Notes: generated by a model not told the origin, from the letters alone. 64,000 nt of DNA from Candidatus Magasanikiibacteriota bacterium (GCA_052033375.1 JBPOJQ010000018.1:1671-65670), one strand, 5' to 3'; positions 32,414 through 41,823 are shown, numbered from the stretch's first letter. Translations and numbers: made by a program.

Positions 32414-33619
32414 TCAATTTCGTTCATAATGAAAATTCTTATAATGCTGATAAAATGAGACAATACCAAATTCAGCAATCTCGTTCTTTAATAAGCGTCG
32501 ATGTTGCGGAGAATACTGTCCATAGTAAAACTCAGTAAGAATATGAAAAAAATGCTCAGAAACCACGCGTATCTGAGTAACGTCATTCACCTGCGATTTA
32601 TTCTTAACAATCTCCTGAAATCGAGTATTAAAATTTTTGTATTTACTGCGCATGATATTTTTGAGAATACGTTTTTTCTTTGTTTCTGACTCATGTTTAT
32701 AAAGCAGTAAACTTTTCCACTCGGACTCAATACGGGTGATAAAACTATCTTCAAGACTAATACGCCCATTCGAAAACCGATATCCCAAAAAAGAAAAAGT
32801 GTCTCGGGAAGATCCAATGAACAATTTATCAAAATTAAGCTTCAAGCCTCTCATGTGCAACCTGGCCTGTATGTCCTTCTCTATAACTTTCAATTTTTCA
32901 AGATTTGAATCAACGAGCGCCAAATCATCACCTACACGTATATAAAACTCTACTTGTCTAGCATACAAAAAATCAAGATCAGAGAGATATATATTAGCAA
33001 ACAAAGCAATCAATGGTACACCCTGTACAATTCCGTGGGGTAATTGCTGTATAGTATGACCGTCGTATACACGAGTAAAAACAAACAATTTTAGTATCTC
33101 CAATGTGTGACGATCGGAAAATAATGTGGCCAATTTTTCAACCAAATATTCACGATCAATTAAACTCGAATAATTATGTAAATCCACCACAAGACAATGA
33201 TCAGAAGTAAACCGCCTACGATATCGACGCGCAAAAAGATATGATGCGGTATGCGGAGGTTTACCGGGACGATATGAGAAAAGACGATCAGAAAAACTGC
33301 GTTCAAAAACTGGTAACACCACTCGGTAAATTGCCTGCGCTTTGATTCGTTCCTTGAGTGTATAAATAAAAATCTCACGGGTTTTAGACGGATTATTTTT
33401 CTTTGGAATATGCAACAAAATAGCAGGTTCGATGACTTTTGTATGTATCAATTCATCCTGGATACGGCTCAACAGATCAGTCGAATCAACCTCATAATCC
33501 AATATTTTTTTGTGATCAATGCCGTAATATCGGGACTCCTTACTTTCTTTCGCAAATTTTTGGACAATCTCCAAATATGCAGCCTCCAAATTATCTTTGG
33601 ATATGATTTCTCTAAACAT
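32414..33619 (-). CDS. reverse transcriptase, divergent group-II-like/unclassified
   Basis: RT0-like NLEAAY..GID, IPKK..KTREI, FSDRLFSYRPGK, VVD, GIVQGVPLIALFANIYL, YIRVGDDL, FSFLGY. Confidence 0.9.
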   Translation of the reverse strand: MFREIISKDNLEAAYLEIVQKFAKESKESRYYGIDHKKILDYEVDSTDLLSRIQDELIHTKVIEPAILLHIPKKNNPSKTREIFIYTLKERIKAQAIYRVVLPVFERSFSDRLFSYRPGKPPHTASYLFARRYRRRFTSDHCLVVDLHNYSSLIDREYLVEKLATLFSDRHTLEILKLFVFTRVYDGHTIQQLPHGIVQGVPLIALFANIYLSDLDFLYARQVEFYIRVGDDLALVDSNLEKLKVIEKDIQARLHMRGLKLNFDKLFIGSSRDTFSFLGYRFSNGRISLEDSFITRIESEWKSLLLYKHESETKKKRILKNIMRSKYKNFNTRFQEIVKNKSQVNDVTQIRVVSEHFFHILTEFYYGQYSPQHRRLLKNEIAEFGIVSFYQHYKNFHYERN

Positions 33620-33623
33620 ACAA

Positions 33624-33825
33624 TATACAATCATCCCCTAATATATCTGACAGATTTCTATCAAATATTGATTATTTCCATTGAGGTCTTCCTTCGCTTA
33701 ATACCGAAGTTCTTTTCCTAAAATCGTCGACATTTCATGAAAGCTAATGCCGATAGCTATGTATTTCATGAACCCAGACGACTGCTGGCATCCTGTTATG
33801 ACAAGTGTTAGGGAATGATTGTACA
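33624..33825 (-). ncRNA. putative RT-associated structured ncRNA/leader
   Basis: terminal inverted repeat 33624-33641/33808-33825 enclosing hairpins at 33643-33668, 33692-33709, 33723-33782 and 33792-33805; stem mismatches are G-U pairs on the minus strand. Confidence 0.7.
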
Positions 33826-33852
33826 GAGTACGTTATATAAGATAATACAACT

Positions 33853-33882
33853 AGTATACCGTGAAGTCTCTATATCTGCCAA
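33853..33882 (-). promoter_or_regulatory. candidate sigma70 promoter for the ncRNA-RT operon
   Basis: TTGGCA-N18-TATACT, -10 box about 28 nt upstream of the terminal stem. Confidence 0.5.
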
Positions 33883-33952
33883 CTCAATATTCAAAAATGA
33901 ACGATGCCACACCCACCTATCCGAAAATAGAGCAGGTGTGGACATCAGTCAG

Positions 33953-34360
33953 CTATGCGCCGAGGGCGCACGCGAAACGAATCTCTTCATCAGTCGCACG
34001 ACGGACGCAGGCGAGGAGGGCATTGACCCATTCCACGCACACGTATGACTCACCGGGGACAAGCCCCTTCGGCGCGAACATACGACACGGACGACGATGC
34101 GAATTCTTGAAGTAGAAGTAAGCCTCACCGAGCCGAGGACGACGGCCCCGATCCTGGAAGATCGGGTAGAAGACCGGAGTATTCGGAAACTGAGAGGCAT
34201 TCACACTGGGAAACGCACGGGCCTCGGGCGGGAGGAGGAACACACGACCCTTAGCAAAAAGGACCGAGGGGGACCAACTCGACGGAGGCACAGGACGGAG
34301 ACCATTATTCCCATCAGTCTGGATCGCCACCCCGGGATTATCTTCCGGATGACACAGCAT
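33953..34360 (-). CDS. hypothetical protein, GC-rich
   Basis: AAGGGGG Shine-Dalgarno, TTGACA at 34434-34439, downstream hairpin 33907-33941; frame choice among overlapping ORFs is uncertain. Confidence 0.45.
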   Translation of the reverse strand: MLCHPEDNPGVAIQTDGNNGLRPVPPSSWSPSVLFAKGRVFLLPPEARAFPSVNASQFPNTPVFYPIFQDRGRRPRLGEAYFYFKNSHRRPCRMFAPKGLVPGESYVCVEWVNALLACVRRATDEEIRFACALGA

Positions 34361-34516
34361 ACAGAAACCCCCCTTGCACAGCCACGCTGGTGATTCAGCG
34401 AGACCAACACAAGATAGATGAAAAAGATGATATTGTCAAGAATAAAAAATAAAAAAGTGACCCAAGTAAATCACTTTTTATTCCCCATGTGATGCACAAA
34501 AAACGAAAAAATCACC

Positions 34517-34765
34517 TCAGCGATGCGGACACCCGGCCCAACAACACGGTCGACGCATTCCACCTGCAAGTTTCGAAAGTGCCTTCTCAATACGAATATC
34601 TCTCGTCTCCTGTTTTTTACCAGATGTAACCCAACAAATCCACTCGTTCTTCGCGAGTGGTGTGATGTCGTCCCACACAGCCCGTGCCTTGGGTACAGAA
34701 ATCAAGGCCTTTCGTAAATCTGCTGGAACTTGATGCACCATACGAGTAGTGACTTTTTTATTCAT
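34517..34765 (-). CDS. YdeI/OmpD-associated family protein
   Basis: VPADLRKAL, ITPLAKNEWICWV..KK.ETR..RI, RRPCCWAGC. Confidence 0.85.
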   Translation of the reverse strand: MNKKVTTRMVHQVPADLRKALISVPKARAVWDDITPLAKNEWICWVTSGKKQETRDIRIEKALSKLAGGMRRPCCWAGCPHR

Positions 34766-34842
34766 AATCAAATAGTTTATTTTGAAAAAGTATATCATAA
34801 TCCAAACCAACTATTCCAGCACAAAAACACTATATTTTCATG

Positions 34843-34886
34843 GCTCCACGTGGTGGACGATGTTCGAACGTATTTTATGGAAAATA
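34843..34886. repeat. 44-bp exact direct repeat copy 1 (att-like)
   Basis: gctccacgtggtggacgatgttcgaacgtattttatggaaaata, identical at 36678-36721. Confidence 0.9.
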
Positions 34887-35008
34887 CAAATTAAATTTCC
34901 TACATATAAACAAAAACAACCCATCTATATGAGTTGTTTTATGTATTGGCCGACGATTCTGGTACGTCGGCCGGGTAACCTTGCCAAATCCTTGGCAAGA
35001 GGACAGAA

Positions 35009-35443
35009 CTATGGCTGCGACACAAGCACTGCTTTTGGCCAGTTCACGAGAACAGCTCCCGTGATGACGAGCACCAGTCCGATGGTCTTCATAGGAGTCA
35101 TACTACCATTCTCCATCAGGTAGTGAACTACCGAAGCAACGAGCTGGGCCACGAGCAGCACCACAAAGAGGGGTGCTAGATCTTGAGGCGGTGTTGACGC
35201 CAACACGTAGTTGAACATGATCAGAGCGACACCCGCTGTGACACCTGCAGCGATCGCGAACCCCAGACGAGCACCGCTGATCGTGATGCCGTTGTACACG
35301 GCGACCGGCATGACGACACAGAAACAGACTATGGTGAAGGCTGCTGCCGCATTCGTACCGCTCATGCGGCTCATATTCATGAAGATGGGCCACACGCCGA
35401 ACAGCAGGCCGGCGATAATGGTAAGCAATAATCCGGAACTCAT
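35009..35443 (-). CDS. small multi-TM protein (EamA/DMT-like), GC-rich
   Basis: 5 hydrophobic helices; AAGGGAG Shine-Dalgarno; TTGACA-N17-TATTCT upstream. Confidence 0.65.
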   Translation of the reverse strand: MSSGLLLTIIAGLLFGVWPIFMNMSRMSGTNAAAAFTIVCFCVVMPVAVYNGITISGARLGFAIAAGVTAGVALIMFNYVLASTPPQDLAPLFVVLLVAQLVASVVHYLMENGSMTPMKTIGLVLVITGAVLVNWPKAVLVSQP

Positions 35444-35568
35444 GTGAATCTCCCTTGCTCAGTTTCCAGCACTGATGAGGCCGCCGACAATTCGACGAGC
35501 TCATGTAGTTACAGAAGAAAAAAAAGAATAGCACTAAAATGCTATTCTTGTCAACGCTCCATACATAA

Positions 35569-36222
35569 TTATTTTTCGCCATTCCACTCTTGAAAAAATC
35601 TCTCCAGATATTGTTCCATAAAAATATGTCGCTCCGTTGCAATTTTTTTCGCGGTTTCCGTATTCATCAAATCTTTCAACAAAAGAAGTTTTTCATAAAA
35701 ATGATTTATTGCACTCCCGTCATTACTTTTATATTCATCTTTGGTCATGTTAGGTTTGAACTTTTTGTCTGGGTTATAAATCTCTCTCCCTTTACTTCCC
35801 CCATAGGTAAAACATCGAGCAATCCCCATTGCACCCATTGCATCTAGTCTATCAGCATCCTGAACAATTTTCCCCTCAATAGATTTCATTTTATTTTCGT
35901 GCACATTTCCCTTAAAAGAAACGTGATTCACAATATGCACAACTTTTTCAATGACTTCCGGATCACAATTACATTTTTCCAGCCATTCACCAGCAGTTTT
36001 TCCACCAATCTCTTCATCTCCATTATGAAACTTATAATCTGCAATATCATGCAACAGTGCGCCAAGTTCCACAATAAATAAATCCGCCTTTTCACCCTCA
36101 GCAATCAACTTCGCATTATTCCAAACTCTCTGAATATGCCACCAATCATGCCCAGATCCTTCTCCACTCAACACCTGTTTCACATGTTGCTTAGTTGCTT
36201 CAATAATTTCTTCTTTTGTCAT
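35569..36222 (-). CDS. HD-domain phosphohydrolase
   Basis: GHDWWHIQRV, ALLHDIAD, VQDADRLDAMG. Confidence 0.92.
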   Translation of the reverse strand: MTKEEIIEATKQHVKQVLSGEGSGHDWWHIQRVWNNAKLIAEGEKADLFIVELGALLHDIADYKFHNGDEEIGGKTAGEWLEKCNCDPEVIEKVVHIVNHVSFKGNVHENKMKSIEGKIVQDADRLDAMGAMGIARCFTYGGSKGREIYNPDKKFKPNMTKDEYKSNDGSAINHFYEKLLLLKDLMNTETAKKIATERHIFMEQYLERFFQEWNGEK

Positions 36223-36237
36223 AATAAAAAATATAAA

Positions 36238-36573
36238 CTAAGAAGTCTTTTTCCACTGCCCATCAATAAAGTCTGCGACATTATGACCGCCAACAGGAAA
36301 ACTGTCCGCATCATAAAAAACAACGTTAATAACACTGTTTAAAGCTGATCCTTCTTTATACTTACCCGCTCTCATATAGGTGTATTCTGATGTAGTACCG
36401 TCTTCCTCAGTAGTAGTAAGTTCTAATAAATAAAGACCCTTTTCATCTTCACGTCTTCTCGTTTCTTTATATTCTTTTTCTCCAATTATTTCTTTAACAA
36501 TCGAAACTACTTCTTCTGGCGAAGGGATATATTCTCTGCTTCCTTCATAACCACTTGGACCTGTTTCAGACAT
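36238..36573 (-). CDS. hypothetical protein
   Basis: 111-aa ORF, co-oriented with the HD gene. Confidence 0.65.
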   Translation of the reverse strand: MSETGPSGYEGSREYIPSPEEVVSIVKEIIGEKEYKETRRREDEKGLYLLELTTTEEDGTTSEYTYMRAGKYKEGSALNSVINVVFYDADSFPVGGHNVADFIDGQWKKTS

Positions 36574-36642
36574 AGTACATGAATAAATAAATTAACCTGA
36601 TGTAAATGTATCACACCAACTTAAAATAAAATATACGCTAAA

Positions 36643-36721
36643 AAAATAATGACTCAATATAGCCATTATTTTAAGTCGCTCCACGTGGTGGACGATGTTC
36701 GAACGTATTTTATGGAAAATA
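36643..36721. repeat. degenerate copy of the tRNA-Asn 3' end and terminator, joined to 44-bp repeat copy 2
   Basis: 36643-36682 matches 37394-37433 at 36/40; 36678-36721 is identical to 34843-34886. Confidence 0.85.
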
Positions 36722-36744
36722 GACTAAGTATGCTCGATAAATAG

Positions 36745-37344
36745 CTATATCTTCTGCAAAACAATTGTAAACCACTTCTGCCCTCGTAGCTCATGAGTAT
36801 CTTCAAATATAGTCTTATATTTATCACCAGCTAATTCTTTTATAATTTCCGGATTATACAAATAGTAAGTCCTCGTACCAAACTCATCTGTTTTAGTTAG
36901 CTCACGATAGTCATCATATTTCAATGAAATATAAAAAACACCTTTCTCATTCAACCCATGATGTGCTTTCTCTAATACGCTTCGCACACTTTCTTTGTTT
37001 GAGTGTAGAAGGGAAGCAAAAGAAAAAATTAAATCTAAACCCATTGGAAAAACATAGTTTTCAATATCCACAACTTCAAACTTTCCCTCTGGAACGTATT
37101 CACAAGCAAGTGCGATCATTGCTTCTGAAATATCTACGCCAAGGTAATTATGAGAGTATGTAAGTATTTCTTTAGCGTCCCTTCCATTACCACAGCCAAT
37201 TTCAAAAACGAAAGGACTTTTCTTTTCAACAAACGAAAACCCTCTTTCGATGTCATCGGTGCGAGCACCGATATTATTGAATTTTTCTGCCATTGCAGAA
37301 GCTGTGGCGTTATAAGTATTTATTGTTTGAACTTTTTTATTCAT
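36745..37344 (-). CDS. class I SAM-dependent methyltransferase
   Basis: FEIGCGNGRD, GVDISEAM, FASLLH. Confidence 0.88.
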   Translation of the reverse strand: MNKKVQTINTYNATASAMAEKFNNIGARTDDIERGFSFVEKKSPFVFEIGCGNGRDAKEILTYSHNYLGVDISEAMIALACEYVPEGKFEVVDIENYVFPMGLDLIFSFASLLHSNKESVRSVLEKAHHGLNEKGVFYISLKYDDYRELTKTDEFGTRTYYLYNPEIIKELAGDKYKTIFEDTHELRGQKWFTIVLQKI

Positions 37345-37429
37345 ATGGATGCGTAATAAGTTAATGAAATAATACCATGGGCTATATAAAAATAAAATAA
37401 TGGCTCAATGTAGCCATTATTTTACTTCG

Positions 37430-37501
37430 CTCCTCGACCAGGATTCGAACCTGGAACCTACTGGTTAACAGCCAGCCGTTCTACCATTGAACTATCGAGG
37501 A
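37430..37501 (-). tRNA. tRNA-Asn(GTT)
   Basis: cloverleaf TCCTCGA...CTGG-CT-GTT-AA-CCAG...GTTCGAATC...TCGAGGAG; CCA not encoded. Confidence 0.95.
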
Positions 37502-37714
37502 ATATGGGAGAATAAAAATCCCGCTTATCGCGGGTATTCATGTTATTCTTTATGCACACGAAAACCCGATTACTCTGGAAAGTAATTATTGCGATTATTA
37601 TTGTTATTCAAGCAGGTTTTCATAGCTCATACGTTATACCACGGACAAAACCCCACTGTCAAGAAACAAAAAAACACCCCCATACGGGAGGTATTTTTTT
37701 GTTCTAAAAAATAT

Positions 37715-38437
37715 CTACTTCACCCCAAACGACGCACGGACAGTTGCCATCACCTCTTTTTCAATACTTGACGTATCATAGGAACCGTAATCAGAAACTT
37801 CAATTGAATTTGGTGCAAGCACTTGCACCACTCCTTGACTTGCAGAACTAAGGGCTCCTACGCGAGAACCGCTACTTTCAGCAATTTTTTCTGCTCGAGC
37901 TTTTGCGTCAATTACTGCGTCCGAAAGAAGACTTACCCGAAGGTCAGCGAGCTTGGTGTAATAATATTCAGGAGGGAAAGTAGACATGACTGAGCCAAGA
38001 GAAACCTGTGTTTGAATCTTTTTTGAAAGACTGGTTACACTTTCAATATCGCTCGATTCAACAGTCAACGTCTGGCGTACAGTATATCGACGTGGAGCAT
38101 TCGAATCATAGCCATATTCCTGTTCAGTAAACATTGACGAAATCGTAATTGCTGAAGATGGAATGCTGTGATCGACAATCTCTGCCTGGACCACAGTCAC
38201 ATCACGGCTCAATCCCGCATATGCCTGACTGAGTTCAGATGCACTCACCGTGCGCGAAAGTTGAATGGTCCATTTGACCAAATCAGATGTAACCGAAGTC
38301 TTCGCTGATCCAGTAACCGAAAGAATACCTGGATTTGCTACCCGAGAAGCATAGAAAAAAATCGAAAAAACCAGGGAGGCTACCACCATCCCGACAGCGA
38401 TTACTCTTCCTCCTTGTACAGAAATTTGTTCTGACAT
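37715..38437 (-). CDS. SIMPL (DUF541) domain protein
   Basis: LSVTGSA, DAKARAEKIA..SG..VG.L.SASQG. Confidence 0.85.
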   Translation of the reverse strand: MSEQISVQGGRVIAVGMVVASLVFSIFFYASRVANPGILSVTGSAKTSVTSDLVKWTIQLSRTVSASELSQAYAGLSRDVTVVQAEIVDHSIPSSAITISSMFTEQEYGYDSNAPRRYTVRQTLTVESSDIESVTSLSKKIQTQVSLGSVMSTFPPEYYYTKLADLRVSLLSDAVIDAKARAEKIAESSGSRVGALSSASQGVVQVLAPNSIEVSDYGSYDTSSIEKEVMATVRASFGVK

Positions 38438-38453
38438 ATATCTTAGGGTTATA

Positions 38454-38897
38454 TTAATTATATTTTTTATGAAAAATAAACCTGTCCAATCCCCACACCT
38501 CTCCTACGCGCATCGTAAAAAAAAGTAACAAAACCAATGAATATATAATATGTTCATCGACAATCAACGCATGTGAATTGGGATAAGGAAAATCAAGTGC
38601 CGCCATATAGTATAGGAACATAAGCACCACACCCGGGATTGTACTCCATCTCACCAACAAACCCAAAACCAATGATACACCAAGAAGTGTGAGTCCCCAT
38701 GCATTAATAAAATTAACTATGGGTAACACGACGGGATGAAGAAACAGTTCATAGAGCCACACAAAATTCTTCGTTCCCTTGATGTAACCTTCTGCTGACC
38801 ATGCCGGATCAAGTACTTTTGTAATCCCTGCATAAAACATAAACCACCCCATCGTAACGCGAAGAACTACCAATGAAATTTTTTGACGATGTGTCAT
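38454..38897 (-). CDS. DoxX-family membrane protein
   Basis: LRVTMGWFMFYAGITK, WGLD. Confidence 0.85.
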   Translation of the reverse strand: MTHRQKISLVVLRVTMGWFMFYAGITKVLDPAWSAEGYIKGTKNFVWLYELFLHPVVLPIVNFINAWGLTLLGVSLVLGLLVRWSTIPGVVLMFLYYMAALDFPYPNSHALIVDEHIIYSLVLLLFFTMRVGEVWGLDRFIFHKKYN

Positions 38898-38919
38898 AGT
38901 GTGGTGGTTACATACACAA

Positions 38920-38952
38920 CTCTCCCTTAGTAAGGGAGAGTTGGTAGGGGTC
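38920..38952. repeat. intergenic REP-like palindrome
   Basis: ctctccctt-agt-aagggagag followed by a G-rich tail. Confidence 0.5.
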
Positions 38953-39017
38953 AAGATACATACTTCTTAATCTCTGCCGATCATCCCCCAATCAAGGGGA
39001 AAATCGATTGACGACAC

Positions 39018-40004
39018 TTATCTAATACCAATCATTTTCCGTACATCACCCATGGTAGCCTCTGCTATAACTGTGGCACGCTCCATTCCACTTGTCAATA
39101 TACTCGCAACTTCATCATGCCCCTGCATGAGCTCGTCTCGACGAGTTCGAAAATCTGAAAAATGATCCCCAATAGCTCTACCTAATTCACTCTTCAAATC
39201 TCCATACCGAATCGACCCATCTTTTTCTGCTTTCACAAATTGTGCATGCACTTTTTTATCTCCAAAAATCTTGAGTAGTCCAAGCAGATTCTCAACTCCT
39301 GGTGAATGTGCCCCACCTTCAGTCGCAGTCACCGCTTTCTTTAATTTCTTCTCAATCACTGCCGGCTCATCTGCAAGCTCAATCACATGACCTTCACCAA
39401 GTGATTTGCTCATTTTTTTCATTGGCTCAAGCAGACTCATAATTTTTGGAGTTTCAGTAAACACTGGCTTCACTGGAGAAAAATACGTGCCATAATGTTT
39501 ATTAAACCAGCGTACAATATCATTCGTAAGTTCCGCGTGCTGGGTCTGATCCTGACCTACAGGTACCGCATTCGCACGATAGAGCAAAATGTCGGCAGCC
39601 ATGAGTGTAGGATACGTAAAAAGTCCGACATTAATATTTTTATTCTGACTCTGTGACTTATCTTTGAACTGAGTCATGCGCTCAAGCTCAGCAATCGGGG
39701 TGACGCAATTAAAAATCCATCCCAATTCAGTGTGTTGTGGTATGTGAGATTGGACAAAGAATGTAGATTTTTTTGGATCAATTCCAGCCGCCAATAATTC
39801 TGACGCTGTGCGAAGAATTTGAGCCTTCCGTTCATCCGCACTTCTTGTGCCCGTAAGTGAGTGTAAGTCGGCAATAAAAAAATAACAGTCATATTTTCCT
39901 GAATTCTGCAGATCCACCCAATTTTTTACCGCCCCCAAATAATTTCCAATATGCAGATTTCCAGTTGGCTGGATACCAGACACAATCACCGGTCGTTTTG
40001 CCAT
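39018..40004 (-). CDS. trpS: tryptophanyl-tRNA synthetase
   Basis: SGIQPTG.LHIGNY, YPTLMAADIL, VPVGQDQ, KMSKS. Confidence 0.97.
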   Translation of the reverse strand: MAKRPVIVSGIQPTGNLHIGNYLGAVKNWVDLQNSGKYDCYFFIADLHSLTGTRSADERKAQILRTASELLAAGIDPKKSTFFVQSHIPQHTELGWIFNCVTPIAELERMTQFKDKSQSQNKNINVGLFTYPTLMAADILLYRANAVPVGQDQTQHAELTNDIVRWFNKHYGTYFSPVKPVFTETPKIMSLLEPMKKMSKSLGEGHVIELADEPAVIEKKLKKAVTATEGGAHSPGVENLLGLLKIFGDKKVHAQFVKAEKDGSIRYGDLKSELGRAIGDHFSDFRTRRDELMQGHDEVASILTSGMERATVIAEATMGDVRKMIGIR

Positions 40005-40125
40005 ACTAATTACTAGTTAAGATAAATCAAGTGTACTATAATCACCTATTGTTTTCAACAAGAAATGACGCATAAGGTGGCGTATAGCGAGTCGAGGTTT
40101 CATACCCGACTCGCTATACCAGTGC

Positions 40126-40407
40126 TCATCTACTACGCGAAACCCACGAAATCACCACCCGCTTCCCTCCATCAGGCAGTGTCGTCAGCGTAATCGAATG
40201 TGAGTGAAAAAAATCAACATGTACCCCCCTTTCAAAATAGTCCTCGAGGACCCCCTGAATCTCCCGCGTCATATCCGATGCATCGATCATCAGCTCGACT
40301 TCTTGAATCGTGCCGAGCATCATGATGAGCCATGTATTCAGAACAGCGTGAATCTGCGTAGCCGTGAAGCCCTGCGCACGCATGTGAAACCGAGAACCTA
40401 TACCCAT
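40126..40407 (-). CDS. hypothetical protein, GC-rich
   Basis: GAGGGA Shine-Dalgarno; long hairpin gtatagcgagtcg/cgactcgctatac immediately downstream. Confidence 0.5.
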   Translation of the reverse strand: MGIGSRFHMRAQGFTATQIHAVLNTWLIMMLGTIQEVELMIDASDMTREIQGVLEDYFERGVHVDFFHSHSITLTTLPDGGKRVVISWVSRSR

Positions 40408-40655
40408 GATGTTTCCCTCTCTAGAAAGAACACAGCCCCGTAATTGGTGCGCTGAGCTCTACATGCGAAATTCACATAGAGAGCTCAAAACAAAACTCCT
40501 CTCTGGCATAGCTGAGAGGAGTTTGAATGAAGAAGGGATAACGACAAACTAAACACCAGAGCTATGCATAGAGCTATTCCAAAACCAATAAGTTCTAAAA
40601 AATGATATTGATGGTTTCATAGTGTTCCTAACAATAATACACCATATATAATTCG

Positions 40656-41810
40656 TCAAATCTCCTTGTGGAAAAAATTAGCTAATGCCCTCAATCCACC
40701 TACCGTTTCTTCTTTATTTCCACCATATGAAAGGCGCACATATCCTTCATGCCCAAATGCACTTCCAGGGACTGTAGCAACTCCAGTTTCGCTCAAAACT
40801 CTCTCCGACCAAACTTCAGAATACTCATTTGTTGAACCAAAAATAGTAAGCGGTAAAAAAACATACAGTCCAGAAGCAGGCGTTTCAATTCCTGCACGAA
40901 ATAGTTCGTTGATCAAACCTACGCACATATCTCTCCGAAATTTAAATTCTCGATTAATCAAGGGACAAATATCAGTCCGATGTTTGAGTCCTTCTACGAG
41001 CGCCCATTGACTAATAGTCGAGACCCCACTCACACTCTGACTGAGTAATGCGGTAACTTTTTTTAATATTTCTACATTGCCTGCAAGCATTCCGATACGC
41101 CAACCCGTCATACCAAAATTCTTTGATGCACTCTGTATGACATACACACTGTCCTGAAATTCTTTGAACGAACCACAGGAAACAAATTCTCCTTCATATA
41201 CGAGTCCACTATACACCTCATCCGAAATGACAATAATGTGTTTCTCTCTCGCCCATTCAAGAATTTTTTGCAACTCATCTCGGGTATACAAAACACCCGT
41301 AGGATTTGACGCAGTATTCAATATTAAAACTCTAATCTGCGGTGAATATACAGCTTCAAGCGCTTCAAGATTCACTTTCCAATTATTCTGAGGCTGTGTT
41401 GCGACAAACCTGGGAACACCCCCAAAAATACTAACAATTGCGGGATACGACACCCAATAAGGAGACATGACCAGAACTTCATCACCTGGCTCAAGTAGGG
41501 TTTGTAGCAAAAAAAATATCGCACTTTTTCCTCCGGGAGTAATCACAATGTTTTGAGAAATATACGAACACCCATATGATTCAGATAACCATGTGGCAAC
41601 TGCGGTTCGTAATTCAGGAATACCCCCGGCAGGAGGATAGGATGTTTTATCTTCATCAATTGCATGCTTTGCCGCGTCTCTAATAATGTGTGGAGTTTCA
41701 ATAACAGGTTCCCCCACACTCAAGTTATAAATCGTCCTACCTTCACCTCTGAGCTTCTGAGCTAGTGCATTGATTCTAATAGTTGGTGATTCGGGAATAG
41801 TGAATGGCAT
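40656..41810 (-). CDS. class I/II PLP-dependent aminotransferase (aspartate aminotransferase-like)
   Basis: LSVGEP, NPTG, SDEVY, SASKNFGMTGWRIG. Confidence 0.92.
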   Translation of the reverse strand: MPFTIPESPTIRINALAQKLRGEGRTIYNLSVGEPVIETPHIIRDAAKHAIDEDKTSYPPAGGIPELRTAVATWLSESYGCSYISQNIVITPGGKSAIFFLLQTLLEPGDEVLVMSPYWVSYPAIVSIFGGVPRFVATQPQNNWKVNLEALEAVYSPQIRVLILNTASNPTGVLYTRDELQKILEWAREKHIIVISDEVYSGLVYEGEFVSCGSFKEFQDSVYVIQSASKNFGMTGWRIGMLAGNVEILKKVTALLSQSVSGVSTISQWALVEGLKHRTDICPLINREFKFRRDMCVGLINELFRAGIETPASGLYVFLPLTIFGSTNEYSEVWSERVLSETGVATVPGSAFGHEGYVRLSYGGNKEETVGGLRALANFFHKEI

Positions 41811-41823
41811 AAAAAAGTTATCC

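Noticed and set aside
32414-33825. Canonical retron call
   Set aside because: The closing stem is retron-like, but the RT lacks NAxxH and VTG and no branching G directly follows the 5' arm; left unclassified.
32414-33900. RT as part of a group II intron
   Set aside because: Only about 200 nt of structured leader, no space for domains V/VI after the stop, no visible interrupted host gene, no YADD.
32414-33900. RT as a diversity-generating retroelement
   Set aside because: No SQ motif, no avd-like gene, and no TR/VR pair differing at adenines found by eye.
34843-36721. CRISPR array from the 44-bp repeat
   Set aside because: Only two copies 1.8 kb apart with genes between them; no cas genes.
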